Assembly (NCBI GenBank): GCA_963663895.2
Contig: CAXXRD010000001.1
Span: 672,001-736,000 of the forward strand
Origin: Dehalococcoidia bacterium
GTDB lineage: Bacteria; Chloroflexota; Dehalococcoidia; Bin125
DNA length: 64,000 nt
Direction: 5' to 3'
How positions within the stretch are numbered: the first letter of the stretch is position 1; every line of letters starts with the position of its first letter. A program made the translations under genes and the position numbers. Of the stretch, positions 19,328 through 28,954 are shown piece after piece. A model generated the notes under the pieces. That model did not search any database and was not told where the DNA came from. It was given only the letters and a program-made list of their open reading frames with translations.

Positions 19328-19355
19328 CGCTAGCAAACCGCTCCGGGGGCAACAA
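19327..19355 (-). promoter_or_regulatory. Putative sigma70 promoter of menFDC
   Basis: Minus strand TTGTTG-N17-TAGCGT with extended -10 TG, abutting the operator. Confidence 0.65.
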
Positions 19356-19469
19356 GACGCGGCCCGCCGCCGCACGAGAGCGGGCGCGGCGCCCTCGTAT
19401 ACTGATGCGCGTTCGGCATGTCTAGAGGCCGTCCGCAAGCCGGACGGGCCTTTCCCGAAAGGAGCGGCC

Positions 19470-20240
19470 ATGGCCGCCGTCCCCGGCGAGGTGCAAGACC
19501 TCAGCCAGATCGAAACCAGCTCCACTACCTATGAGAGCGACGGGGCCTCGATCGAGGCCTATCTCGCACGGCCACGGGGCGGGGGCTCCGGCGGCGGCAT
19601 CATCGTGATTCATGAGGCGTTCGGGCCCGTCGAGCACATCCACGACATCGCGCGGCGCTTCGCCAACATCGGCTACACGGCGATCGCGCCGAACCTCTAC
19701 AGCCGCATGGGGGCGCCGGACGTGGACGACATGCAGTCCGTGTTCACGAAGATGTTCGGCCTCCCCGACCCGCAGGTGGTGCGCGACTTGGAGGGCGCGG
19801 CGGCGCTGCTGCGCGGCCAGCCGGGAAGTAACGGCAAGGTGGGCTGCATCGGCTTCTGCTCGGGCGGGCGGCAGACGCTGCTCTACGCCTGCTCCAGCGA
19901 CACCGTCGACGCAGCGGTGGATTGCTGGGGCGGTTTCATCCGCCGCGCCAACCAGGACGCCGTCACCACTCCCGAGCGCCCGACCCCCATCCTCGACCTC
20001 GTCGACCAGCTCCACTGCCCCCTCTACGCCGTCTTCGGCGGCCATGATCAGAACCCCACGCCCACCGACGCGCGTGAGATAGAGGCGCGGCTACAGCGGG
20101 CGCGGAAAACCTCCACCGTGGAAGTGTTCGAAGAGGCCGGGCATGCGTTCCTCGCGGACTACCGTCCCAGCTACCACGAGAGCGCCGCCTTCGCGCTTTG
20201 GCCGAAGATCGTGGCCTTCTTCGAGACGCATCTCCGCTAG
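19470..20240 (+). CDS. Dienelactone hydrolase family protein
   Basis: IVIHEAFG, APNLY, IGFCSGG (nucleophile Cys), GHDQ, AGHAF. Confidence 0.93.
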   Translation: MAAVPGEVQDLSQIETSSTTYESDGASIEAYLARPRGGGSGGGIIVIHEAFGPVEHIHDIARRFANIGYTAIAPNLYSRMGAPDVDDMQSVFTKMFGLPDPQVVRDLEGAAALLRGQPGSNGKVGCIGFCSGGRQTLLYACSSDTVDAAVDCWGGFIRRANQDAVTTPERPTPILDLVDQLHCPLYAVFGGHDQNPTPTDAREIEARLQRARKTSTVEVFEEAGHAFLADYRPSYHESAAFALWPKIVAFFETHLR

Positions 20241-20641
20241 CGATCGAGCGGGCGGGCGAAGCTGAGCTCGTGGCCGTCGGGATCGGTGACGTGAAAATAG
20301 CGCTCGCCCCAGCTCGCGTCGCGCGGCTCGGTATCGGTCTGCACGCCGGCAGCGGCGGCCCGGCGATAGAAGGCGTCGACATCGGAGACGTAGAACACGA
20401 TCCGCCCCCACCAGCTCCAGCGGCGCTCCGCCGGCTGAGCCGTCAGGTTGAGATAGCCGCTCTCCAGCGCGAAGCTCGTGAAGCGCTCCGCCTCGCCGCC
20501 GTACAGCAAGGTGAAGCCCAAGGCGCGATAGAAGCGCACCGCGCCGACCATGTCGTGCGTCGCCAGCGTCACGGCGCTCACGCACGTGACCGTGGGCCGC
20601 GCTTCGCCGGCAGCGGATTCAGTCGGGTCGGACGCTTCCAT
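20237..20641 (-). CDS. VOC/glyoxalase family protein
   Basis: VTLATHDM..AVRFYRALG, RIVFYVSDVD, WGERYFHVTDPDGHELSF. Confidence 0.9.
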   Translation of the reverse strand: MEASDPTESAAGEARPTVTCVSAVTLATHDMVGAVRFYRALGFTLLYGGEAERFTSFALESGYLNLTAQPAERRWSWWGRIVFYVSDVDAFYRRAAAAGVQTDTEPRDASWGERYFHVTDPDGHELSFARPLDR

Positions 20642-20672
20642 AGCCACGATGCGATCATAGGACAGCATCCGC

Positions 20673-21863
20673 GTGCCGTCTGACGGGCTCCCGGCGCGGG
20701 CCGAGATCGTCATCGCCGGCGGCGGCGTGATCGGACTGGCGACCGCGCTCGAACTCCTGAAAAGAGAGCGGGAGGTGTTGATCGTCGAGCGATCGCGGCC
20801 CGGCGCCGGCGCCAGCACGGTGGCGGCGGGCCTGCTGGCTCCCACAGCCGCGGCCGACCTGGCCGAGCCGCGGCTCATCGACTTCGCCCTGGACAGCCTG
20901 CGGCGCTACCCCGCCTTCGTCGCGGAGATCGAACGGATCAGCGGCCAGCGCTGCGAGCTGCGCGACCAGGGATCGCTCTGGCCCGCCTTCACATCGCACG
21001 ACGAAGCCAAGCTGGACGAGCTGGCGGCGCAGCATCGCCGGCGCGGGATCACATCGATGCGGCTGACGGCGGAGGAGCTGCGCGCGTACGCGCCGCAGCT
21101 CGCGGCAGCGACGCGCAGCGGCCTGCACGTCAAGGACGACCTCCGCCTCGATCCGCGACGGCTCGTGCAAAGTCTGGCCGGGGCGGTCCGGGAGCGCGGC
21201 GGGAAAATCCGCAGCGGCTACGCGGTCCGCGAGATCGTCCTTGCAGGCGGCGCGGTGCAGGCCGTCCGCACGACCGACGACGCCGGCCGGGACCACACGG
21301 TTCCCTGCGATGTCGCGGTGCTGGCCGCGGGCGCCTGGGCCACGGCCTCCCTCCGCTCGCCGTTGACGGCGGCGCCCGTGCGCCCGGTCAAGGGTCAGAT
21401 CGTGCGCCTGCGCGGCGCCACCTTGATTCAGCACGCCCTGCGCACGCCCGGGATATACCTCGTGCCGCGGGACGACGGGGAGCTGATCATCGGCGGCACG
21501 ATCGAGGAGCAGGGATTCGACCAGGCGCCCACCGCGGGCGCCGTGGCCGGCCTCCTCGATCGCGCCAGGGCGGTCGTGCCGGCGATCGACGATCTCGTGA
21601 TCAGCGAGCTCTCCGTGGGCCTGCGCCCGGCGCTGCCCGACTACCTGCCCGCCGTCGGACCCACCGGCGCCGCCGGCTTCTACGCGGCGGTCGGCCACTT
21701 CCGCAGTGGCATCCTCCTCGCCCCGGCGACGGCGCACTACCTCGCGGAGGCGATCGTCTCTGGCACCGTGCCCTCCGCGCTGGACTCGCTCAGCCCCGAT
21801 CGCCTGGGCGGGGAGAGCACGCCGGCGCCCCTGCCCGGAGCGACCGGCGAAGCGGTGCGCTAG
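20673..21863 (+). CDS. thiO: Glycine oxidase / FAD-dependent D-amino-acid oxidase family
   Basis: GGGVIG, GASTVAAGLL, AAGAW, PVKGQ, YLVPR, GLRP, GHFRSGILLAP. Confidence 0.8.
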   Translation: MPSDGLPARAEIVIAGGGVIGLATALELLKREREVLIVERSRPGAGASTVAAGLLAPTAAADLAEPRLIDFALDSLRRYPAFVAEIERISGQRCELRDQGSLWPAFTSHDEAKLDELAAQHRRRGITSMRLTAEELRAYAPQLAAATRSGLHVKDDLRLDPRRLVQSLAGAVRERGGKIRSGYAVREIVLAGGAVQAVRTTDDAGRDHTVPCDVAVLAAGAWATASLRSPLTAAPVRPVKGQIVRLRGATLIQHALRTPGIYLVPRDDGELIIGGTIEEQGFDQAPTAGAVAGLLDRARAVVPAIDDLVISELSVGLRPALPDYLPAVGPTGAAGFYAAVGHFRSGILLAPATAHYLAEAIVSGTVPSALDSLSPDRLGGESTPAPLPGATGEAVR

Positions 21864-22552
21864 TCCGGCGCTCCCTCGGCGGCGGCCTCGAAGCGGCGCA
21901 TAATGGCGACGCAGCGCTCGTCCGCAACCGGGCGAAAGTCCTCGTAGAACGCGCCCACCGCGACGAAGGGATCGGGCGTTACCACCGCCAGCACCCGCGC
22001 GTCCAGCCCTTCCAGCCGCGCCACCGCCTCCCGGGCCGCCACTGGGACCCCCACCACGACGGCCGCCGCGCCGGCCCGCCGCGCCGCCTCCACGGCCGCC
22101 GCCATCGTCGCGCCGGTGGCCAGCCCGTCGTCGACCAGCACGATGCGGCGGTCCGCAACCGGCGGCGCCGGGCGGGCGCCGCGATAGACCCGCTCGCGGC
22201 GCTCCACTTCGGCGAGCTCGTCCTGCCTCGCCCGCCGCAGGTCCTCCTCCGAGAGGCGGTGCGCGGCGAGCAGGGCACGGTTCCACGCAGATCCGAGACG
22301 CGTAACGGAGCCCAGCGCCAGCTCCGGCTGCCCCGGCGCGCCCACTTTGCGCGACACCAGCACGTCCAGCGGCAGAGCGAGCCGCTCGGCGACCGGCTCC
22401 GCCACCTCTAGCCCGCCGCGCGGGATCGCCAGCACGATCCCCGCCCCAACGCTGCGCTCCTGCAGCAGCGACGCCAGCGCCTCGCCCGCCGCGCGGCGAT
22501 CGCGGAAGATCGGGGGGCCGTCCGCCTCCCCTCCCAGCCATCGGCGCCACAT
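21860..22552 (-). CDS. Phosphoribosyltransferase family protein
   Basis: FRDRRAAG, AIPRGG, RKVGAPGQPELA, VLVDDGLATGAT, AVGAFYEDF; AAGGAG SD. Confidence 0.9.
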   Translation of the reverse strand: MWRRWLGGEADGPPIFRDRRAAGEALASLLQERSVGAGIVLAIPRGGLEVAEPVAERLALPLDVLVSRKVGAPGQPELALGSVTRLGSAWNRALLAAHRLSEEDLRRARQDELAEVERRERVYRGARPAPPVADRRIVLVDDGLATGATMAAAVEAARRAGAAAVVVGVPVAAREAVARLEGLDARVLAVVTPDPFVAVGAFYEDFRPVADERCVAIMRRFEAAAEGAPD

Positions 22553-22746
22553 ACGCGTCTCCTTGGCGCATAGCATCGCACGGCCGGGAGGCGTATCGAG
22601 GAGCGCGCTTCCCCTCGGCCGCCCAGGCTACGGTGACAGACTCTGCCTCCGGTCCGCTGGAGCAGCATCGCGCGACGGGGTCAGGTGGCACCCGTCTTAC
22701 CGTGCCCGGCCGGGCGAAGCAGCGACCACGCAGGCGGATGACTGCT

Positions 22747-23946
22747 TCAGTCGGTTGCGGTGGTCAACAGAGCGATGCTGGCCGTGAAGCCGTGGACGAA
22801 ATTGGCGCCGCCCACGGGGCCGATCTCGCCGTTACAGAAGAGACCGGCGGTGGGGATGGGACCGAGCGCGGCGGCGAGGGCTCCGGCGTCGTGGTGCGGC
22901 TCCCCGAACAGCCCCTGTCCGCGCCCGTTGCAGGCGCACAGCATCGCGCCCACCACTTGCTCTTCCTCCGCGAGCGCATCCTTCAGCGTAGCGAGCTGCG
23001 ACTGCAGGTCCGCATCGGCGGCCGCGGCGTCGCGGTACTGAAACTGGAAGGTCTGGCCCACGCGGGGGATCGCATTGATTGCGATGGCGCCGCTCTCCTG
23101 GTCGGCGCCCATGAGATTGCGAATCAGGAAATCCCCTTGGGCGTGCTCGTCGCGGTACTCGTCCATCGCTAGCCCCACCAAGAGGTTGCGCTGGGCGCGC
23201 TCCTGGGTCTCCGGGTCCAAGGCGCCGAGCGTCTCCCGCAGAACGTCCAGCGCCGGCCGCGATCCGACCGTCTGGATCACGTTCCGCTCGCAATCGGTGA
23301 TCGTCCAGGCCTGTCCGATCGGCGTCGCCCCCTGGGCGACGAGCGCGCGAAAGCCCACGGCGCCGCTCAACCCGAGCAGCACGGCGCCGGTTGCGTGGAC
23401 TTCGCCGTCCAGGAAGACGGCCGTGCCCTCGCGCTGGTTGTGCGCCGACGCCAGCCCACCCAAGACCGGCGTGCGCGGCCAGCGCCGCTCGATCGCGCCC
23501 ACCAGCGCGTCGGCATGCGTGCTGAAGGGGTCCGCGAGCGCCAGCCAGGCCGACATTTCCCCGTGGTCCCGGGCCCCGTCGAGCAGCGCCTCGACGCGGC
23601 TGTTCTCGGTCAGCGCCAGCGGCGTCAAGGTCGCGCCCGGCAACCGCAACGTCATCACCGCGACGGCGACCCCGTCCTCGGCCTCCAAGCCAGGCCCGAT
23701 CACGCTCTGCCCAGAGCAGCCGAGGAGATGCGAGGCCCCGGTGCCGCCGCGGACGCGCTCGACGACCGCGGCGTAGTCGTCGCCAAAGTGGGAATCGACG
23801 AAGAGGAGGGCGAGGTCGGGCGGGGCGCCGGGCCGGGGCAGCCCCGCGAGCGCGGCCTCCGTCGCTTCGTCCCAGGTCTCTCCCGTCCCCAGCGCTGCGG
23901 CCGCTCGATCGTTGGCAGCTCGCGCGACCGCGCCCGCCTGCTCCAT
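22747..23946 (-). CDS. FIST domain signal-transduction protein
   Basis: LLGCSG, LADPFS, GGLAS, VAQGATPIG, FLIRNL, VGQTFQF, CNGRG, GLFCNGEIGP, HGFTA. Confidence 0.92.
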   Translation of the reverse strand: MEQAGAVARAANDRAAAALGTGETWDEATEAALAGLPRPGAPPDLALLFVDSHFGDDYAAVVERVRGGTGASHLLGCSGQSVIGPGLEAEDGVAVAVMTLRLPGATLTPLALTENSRVEALLDGARDHGEMSAWLALADPFSTHADALVGAIERRWPRTPVLGGLASAHNQREGTAVFLDGEVHATGAVLLGLSGAVGFRALVAQGATPIGQAWTITDCERNVIQTVGSRPALDVLRETLGALDPETQERAQRNLLVGLAMDEYRDEHAQGDFLIRNLMGADQESGAIAINAIPRVGQTFQFQYRDAAAADADLQSQLATLKDALAEEEQVVGAMLCACNGRGQGLFGEPHHDAGALAAALGPIPTAGLFCNGEIGPVGGANFVHGFTASIALLTTATD

Positions 23947-24049
23947 GGCTCCCCCTTGGATCGAATCCGCTGCTCGTCTGAGTGTAACCCTCGCCGGAGT
24001 GGCGGTGCATGCGCGTCGCACGGCTACGATGGTCTGGAGGGGAGAACGG

Positions 24050-24952
24050 ATGGCAACCGAGACGCCGCCCGAGCTTGGGGCGATCGAGCAAGCCGCAGCG
24101 GAGTTCGCCAGGCGCGCCGGGGCGCTGCTCAGCGAACGTTTCCACGACGGCACCGCAGTCCGCTTCAAGGACCGCCGCCGCTTGGATCCCGTCACGGACG
24201 TGGACCACGCCGCGGAAGCGATACTGCGCGAGGCGGTGCACGCGCGCTTCCCGAGCCACGCGCTGCTCGGCGAGGAGGAGGACAGTTCGGGCCCGCCCGA
24301 GGCCGACTACGTCTGGGTGGTGGACCCCCTGGACGGGACCGCCAACTTCGTCAACGGCTTGCCGTTCTTCACAAGCTCGATCGGCGTGCTCTACCGCGGC
24401 GAGCCGCTCGCCGGCGCCATCTGGGTCAGCAGCGGCCCACAGCTCCAGGCGGGGGTGTATCACGCCGCGCGCGGAGCGGGCCTACAGTTCGACGGCTTGC
24501 CCCTGCTCCGCGCGCCGCAGACCCTCGACCAAGCCAATCGGTTGATCGCGGTACCGGGCGGGTGGCGCGGCGGCAGCGGCCCGCGCGGCCGCCGCCTCGG
24601 CATCGCTCGCACGCTCGGCAGCATCGCCTTGGAGCTGGCGCTCACAGCGGACGGCAGCCTGGGCTGCTGTGTGATCAACGACGCCAAGATCTGGGACGTC
24701 GCGGGCGGCATCGCGCTTTGCTCGGCGGCCGGCCTGCAGGTGTCCGCCAAGAGGAAGAACGGGGACTGGCGTCCCTTCGAGCGCTTCGCCGGCAGCGATC
24801 AAGGAGCGCCGAGCGTCGACGGCCTGCGCGCTTGGCGCGAGAGGATCGTGGCGGGCGATCCCAAAGCAGTGCAGGAACTGACGCGCGGCTCCGCCCGCCG
24901 GCAAGGCCGGGTCGCCCGGCTGCGCCGGTCCCTGCTCGGCGCGCGCGCCTAA
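24050..24952 (+). CDS. Inositol monophosphatase family protein
   Basis: DPVTDVD, LGEE, WVVDPLDGTANF, WDVAGG. Confidence 0.92.
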   Translation: MATETPPELGAIEQAAAEFARRAGALLSERFHDGTAVRFKDRRRLDPVTDVDHAAEAILREAVHARFPSHALLGEEEDSSGPPEADYVWVVDPLDGTANFVNGLPFFTSSIGVLYRGEPLAGAIWVSSGPQLQAGVYHAARGAGLQFDGLPLLRAPQTLDQANRLIAVPGGWRGGSGPRGRRLGIARTLGSIALELALTADGSLGCCVINDAKIWDVAGGIALCSAAGLQVSAKRKNGDWRPFERFAGSDQGAPSVDGLRAWRERIVAGDPKAVQELTRGSARRQGRVARLRRSLLGARA

Positions 24953-24972
24953 GCCGGCGCCGCGACGCGCGC

Positions 24973-25767
24973 TTAGTGGTTGGTCTTGAACTGCCCCCCG
25001 TCGACGAGGATGTTCTCCGCCGTCACCCAGCTCGCGGCGGGGCTGGCGATGAAGGCGACGACCCGCGCCACTTCCTCCACGGTGCCGTAGCGGCCGCTGG
25101 GAATCGTGTCGAGCACGCCGTCGTACACCGGTCTGGCTCCCTGCGCCATCTGCTGCCAAAAGCCGCCCTCGAAATCAATGGAGCCGGGGGAGATGACGTT
25201 CACGCGGATTCCCTTGGGCGCCAGCGCTTGCGCCAGCTCGTTGCCGTAGGCGATCAGCGCCGCCTTCATGGGTCCGTAGGAAAAGGGGCCGCCCATTCCC
25301 TCCCGCACGTTGCGATCGCCGACGAACCCAAACGCCTCCATCCCGGAGATGCTGGCGATCAAGACGATGCTGCCGGCAGCGCTCGCCTCCAGGGCGGGCA
25401 TCGCCTCGTCGACGCCGCGCACGGCGGCCATCACGTCGATCGCGTAGTTCACGTCCCAGCCCTCTTCGCCGGGGACGCCCATACCGCTAGCGTTGTGGAT
25501 GAAAATGTCGAGCCCGCCCAGCGCCTCGACCGTGGACTGCACGAAGCCGCAGATGCCGTCCGCTTCTCCGATATCGGCCTGATGCGCGACGACCCGGCCC
25601 GGCGCCTCCGCTTGCAGGGCGGCCCGGGCCTGTTCCAGCCCCTCCGCCCCCCGCGCGCAGATTCCGACGGATGCCCCTTCCGCCAAGAGCGCCGCCGCGA
25701 TCGCGCGGCCGATGCCGCGACTGCCGCCCGTCACGAGCGCCTTCTTGCCAGTCAGCCCGAGGTCCAT
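24973..25767 (-). CDS. SDR-family oxidoreductase
   Basis: TGGSRGIG, YGPMK (YxxxK), IRVNVISPG. Confidence 0.93.
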   Translation of the reverse strand: MDLGLTGKKALVTGGSRGIGRAIAAALLAEGASVGICARGAEGLEQARAALQAEAPGRVVAHQADIGEADGICGFVQSTVEALGGLDIFIHNASGMGVPGEEGWDVNYAIDVMAAVRGVDEAMPALEASAAGSIVLIASISGMEAFGFVGDRNVREGMGGPFSYGPMKAALIAYGNELAQALAPKGIRVNVISPGSIDFEGGFWQQMAQGARPVYDGVLDTIPSGRYGTVEEVARVVAFIASPAASWVTAENILVDGGQFKTNH

Positions 25768-25857
25768 AACGCGCTCCTTACATTGCCGATATCGCCGCTG
25801 GCTGCACTGCCGCGTGGCGGGCGAGCGGAGGCTACATCAGCCGCGATCCCCACTGCC

Positions 25858-26295
25858 TCAACGGTAATTCCAGCTGACGACGCGCTCACGGGTGACCTGC
25901 ACGTAGACGCCGTCTTCGCTCACGGAATCGGGCAACTCCGTCTCCGGCGCGCCGCGCTGGCGCGCCAAGCCGCGCGCCAGCTCCAGCCGTCTTCCGGGAT
26001 CCCGAATCAGCGTGCCGCTGCCCTGCACCAGCACGCCGGTAATGTCCCCCGTCGCTTTGGCGGAGGTGACCAACACCGACACGTGCGGGTTGCGCTCAAT
26101 GTTCTTGATCTTCTGCGAGCCTTCACGCATCCCCAAATACAAGTGGCCGCCCAGACGGAAGTAGCCGAGGGGCACGCTATGGGGCCTGCCATCCCTTCCA
26201 ACGGTCGTGAGCACGGCCCACTCGGCGCGCCGATCGAGATAGGCGTTGACCTCGTCTTCGCTCAGCTCGCGGCGCTGCTTACGCTTGCGTGCCAC
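25858..26295 (-). CDS. Pyridoxamine 5'-phosphate oxidase family (F420-binding-like) protein
   Basis: LTTVGRDGRPHSVP, SQKIKNIERNPHVSVLV, GVLVQG, VSWNY; GTG start chosen after GGAG. Confidence 0.85.
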   Translation of the reverse strand: MARKRKQRRELSEDEVNAYLDRRAEWAVLTTVGRDGRPHSVPLGYFRLGGHLYLGMREGSQKIKNIERNPHVSVLVTSAKATGDITGVLVQGSGTLIRDPGRRLELARGLARQRGAPETELPDSVSEDGVYVQVTRERVVSWNYR

Positions 26296-26359
26296 TGTCG
26301 CTCCCGGCCGCCGATCGTCCGCCGCTACGATACCGGACGCGGCGAAGGGAGACGTATTC

Positions 26360-27028
26360 GTGCGGATCGTGCTGGGACGCAAGACAGGGGACCTCAGTGC
26401 CGACGGATTCCGCTTGCGGGCGGCGCCGTACCGCTTGACCCTGCTCGACATCGGAACCGGCGACGGCGCCTTCCCCTACCGCGTCGCAGGCGCCTATCCC
26501 GAGGTGCTCTGCATGGGGCTGGATCCAAACCGCGAAGCGCCGGCAGCGTACGCCGGCAGGGCGCGGCGCAAGCCCGCGCGCGGCGGACGCGCCAACGTGC
26601 TCTACGTGGCGGCGGCGGTTGAGGCGCCGCCGGACGCTCTCGACGCGAGCGCGGATCTCGTCACGATGAACTTCCCCTGGGCCGGCTTGCTCGCACGGAT
26701 CCTCGCCGGCGACCCCGCCCTGACCGCCGCCCTGACCAAGATGGCACGCGAGCCTTGGGCCCTGCAGATCCTGCTGAACGCGGCAGCGCCGCCCCCACCC
26801 TTGGAGCGCGCGCTCGGCGTCCTGACGCCCGCGACCGTGCGTGAGCGCCTCGATCCCGCGCTGGGGTCCGTCCGGGTGACAGAGCTACCCGAGACGGCCC
26901 GCGTCGCCAGTCGTTGGGGAGGGCGGCTGATCCGCGGGAGCAGACGCCCGATCATCCGCGTTCGGGCTGACTTCGGCGCCGTCCCGCCGCAGTACGACGC
27001 CCTGCTCAATGCCGCGATCGGGCTCTAG
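26360..27028 (+). CDS. 16S rRNA (adenine1408-N1)-methyltransferase homolog (NpmA/KamB family)
   Basis: MRIVLGRKTGDLS, LDIGTGDG, GLDP, KPARGGRANVLYVAAAVE, NFPWAGLL, SRWGGRL follow the NpmA/KamB motif order, including both adenine-sandwiching Trp positions; GGGAG SD. Confidence 0.85.
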   Translation: MRIVLGRKTGDLSADGFRLRAAPYRLTLLDIGTGDGAFPYRVAGAYPEVLCMGLDPNREAPAAYAGRARRKPARGGRANVLYVAAAVEAPPDALDASADLVTMNFPWAGLLARILAGDPALTAALTKMAREPWALQILLNAAAPPPPLERALGVLTPATVRERLDPALGSVRVTELPETARVASRWGGRLIRGSRRPIIRVRADFGAVPPQYDALLNAAIGL

Positions 27029-27066
27029 AGAGCCGCTCCAGAGAAACGCTCCAGCGGGGAAAGCGC

Positions 27067-27915
27067 CTAGCGATCCGCGACGATCTTGGCGAGGTCATCC
27101 AAGATCGGGATGACCTTGTCAGCGTAGGCGCTGGGAAGGTCGAACAGGCAGCGATCGACGCCCATCTCCTCGTAGGCGTCCAGCCAGGCAGCGTCGGGAC
27201 GAGTGCCGTAGAGCGTCACGCTCACGCTGCCGGGATCGCGACCAACCCTCTCGGCGCGCTCCCGCAGATCGGCGATCTCGGCCGCCAGCTCCTGAGGGGC
27301 CTTGAACAACGGCAGCCAGCCGTCCGCCCACTCCACCACCCGCTGCCGCGACCACTTGGTCCCTGCGCCGATGTAGATCGGCGGATGCGGCTGCTGCACC
27401 GGCGCCGGGCGCACCGATGTGCGTTCGACGTTCACATGCGCGCCGTGGTATTCGGCCTCCTCGCTCGCCCAGAGCGCTTTCATCGCCTCCACTCGCTCGC
27501 GGGCCACGGCCCAGCGCTGCTTGAACGGCGTCCCCAGCGCCTCCATCTCCTCCGCCAGCCAGCCGGCGCCCACCCCGAACAAGAAGCGCCCTCCGGAGAG
27601 CCGATCGATGCTGGCCACTTGCTTCGCCATCACGATCGGCTCTCGCTCAATCACGAGACAGATCGCCGTACCCACCTGGAGGGTCGTCGTCGCGGCGGCG
27701 GCCATGCTGAGGCAGACGAAGGGGTCGTAGGAGCGGAAGTACCACTCCGGCATGTCGATGCTGTTGGTGCCCGGAAAGGGCGTGACCCGTTCGGAGGGGA
27801 TATGCGGATGCTCGGGCATCCAGAGCGAGTCAAAGCCCCGCTCCTCGACCGCCCGTGCCAATTCGTCCGGTGCAATCGTATGGTCCGTGATGAACATCGA
27901 ACAGCCGAACTGCAC
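27067..27915 (-). CDS. LLM-class F420-dependent oxidoreductase
   Basis: ERGFDSLWMPEH, DPFVCL, AKQVASIDRLSGGRFLFGVGAGW, PVQQPHPPIYIG, ADGWLP. Confidence 0.93.
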   Translation of the reverse strand: MQFGCSMFITDHTIAPDELARAVEERGFDSLWMPEHPHIPSERVTPFPGTNSIDMPEWYFRSYDPFVCLSMAAAATTTLQVGTAICLVIEREPIVMAKQVASIDRLSGGRFLFGVGAGWLAEEMEALGTPFKQRWAVARERVEAMKALWASEEAEYHGAHVNVERTSVRPAPVQQPHPPIYIGAGTKWSRQRVVEWADGWLPLFKAPQELAAEIADLRERAERVGRDPGSVSVTLYGTRPDAAWLDAYEEMGVDRCLFDLPSAYADKVIPILDDLAKIVADR

Positions 27916-28045
27916 GCGGGCCTCCTTTACTCCAGTCGAGTCTCCAGCCGCACTGCCCGATCATCACGACCGGGCAAGCGCGTCCTCGCTTGTACGCCAC
28001 CGTATGATAGCCGCCGCGGATGCGGCGTCACGGGCAACCAAGCCG

Positions 28046-28954
28046 TTAGGTAAGCTTCGTCTTGAGAGCCTCGAACCGCTCTCTGGAAACGGACAGCTCG
28101 CGCAGGGCGACGGGCCGCTCGGGCTCCATCTGAATCGCGGTGGTTTGCGCATCCAAGGTGTCGCGCTCCTCGCGATAGAAGAGGCCCAGGGGGATGCGGT
28201 CGCCCCATTCGAGGCTCCGCCGGAACGCCTCGGTCCTATCGGTCGGGTCGTGCTCTTCCGCTAAGTCGTAGACGCGCTGCTTGAACCATTTGTAGGTGTA
28301 TTCGACGCGGTTCCAGGTTACGCAGGGCTGGAGAATGTCGATGATGGCGTAGCCGGGATGCTCGATCGCCATGGCGATCAGGTCGCGCAACGGCTTCACG
28401 CTGCCGGAGAACCCGCGCGCGACGAAGGTCGCGCCCGCCGCCAGCGCGACGGAGATCGGATTGATCGCAAACTCCACGTTGCCCTCCGGCGTGGTGGAGG
28501 AGATGTAGCCGGGATCGGAGGTGGGGGAAGTCTGGCCCTTGGTCAGGCCGTAGGTCTGATTATTCTCGACCAGGTGTGTGAGATTGACGTTGCGCCGCAT
28601 GGCGTGGAGCCAATGATTGCCCCCTTCACCCAAGCCGTCCCCGTCGCCGGTCACGGCCAGAACGGTCATCTGATGCTGCACGAGGCGGAAGCCCTGTGCG
28701 ACCGGCAGCGCCCGGCCGTGGAGCGTCTGCCAACCGTTGCAGCGAATGTAATCGGGCAGCTTGGAGCCGCAGCCAATCCCCGACACCACCATCACACGAT
28801 GCGGCGCGATCTCCAGCCGGACCAGCGCCTGCTGCAGCGCGGCCAGGATGCCGAAGTCACCGCAACCGGCGCACCAGGTGTTCTCTTCGGTGAAGAGCGG
28901 CTTGTAGTCGTTCAAGGTTACGGACGATGGCGCAGGCGTTACGGTGGTCATCAC
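28046..28954 (-). CDS. 2-oxoacid:ferredoxin oxidoreductase beta subunit
   Basis: WCAGCGDF, SGIGC, LHGRALP, GDGD, NNQTYGLTKGQTSPT, QPCVT. Confidence 0.95.
   Translation of the reverse strand: MMTTVTPAPSSVTLNDYKPLFTEENTWCAGCGDFGILAALQQALVRLEIAPHRVMVVSGIGCGSKLPDYIRCNGWQTLHGRALPVAQGFRLVQHQMTVLAVTGDGDGLGEGGNHWLHAMRRNVNLTHLVENNQTYGLTKGQTSPTSDPGYISSTTPEGNVEFAINPISVALAAGATFVARGFSGSVKPLRDLIAMAIEHPGYAIIDILQPCVTWNRVEYTYKWFKQRVYDLAEEHDPTDRTEAFRRSLEWGDRIPLGLFYREERDTLDAQTTAIQMEPERPVALRELSVSRERFEALKTKLT

Noticed and set aside
23395-26622. 1075-aa plus-strand ORF and other long ORFs (e.g. 20655-22691, 15808-17502, 17649-19313, 55142-56668, 62289-63857)
   Set aside because: Arg/Gly/Ala/Pro-rich shadow frames overlapping well-supported genes; expected at this GC content.
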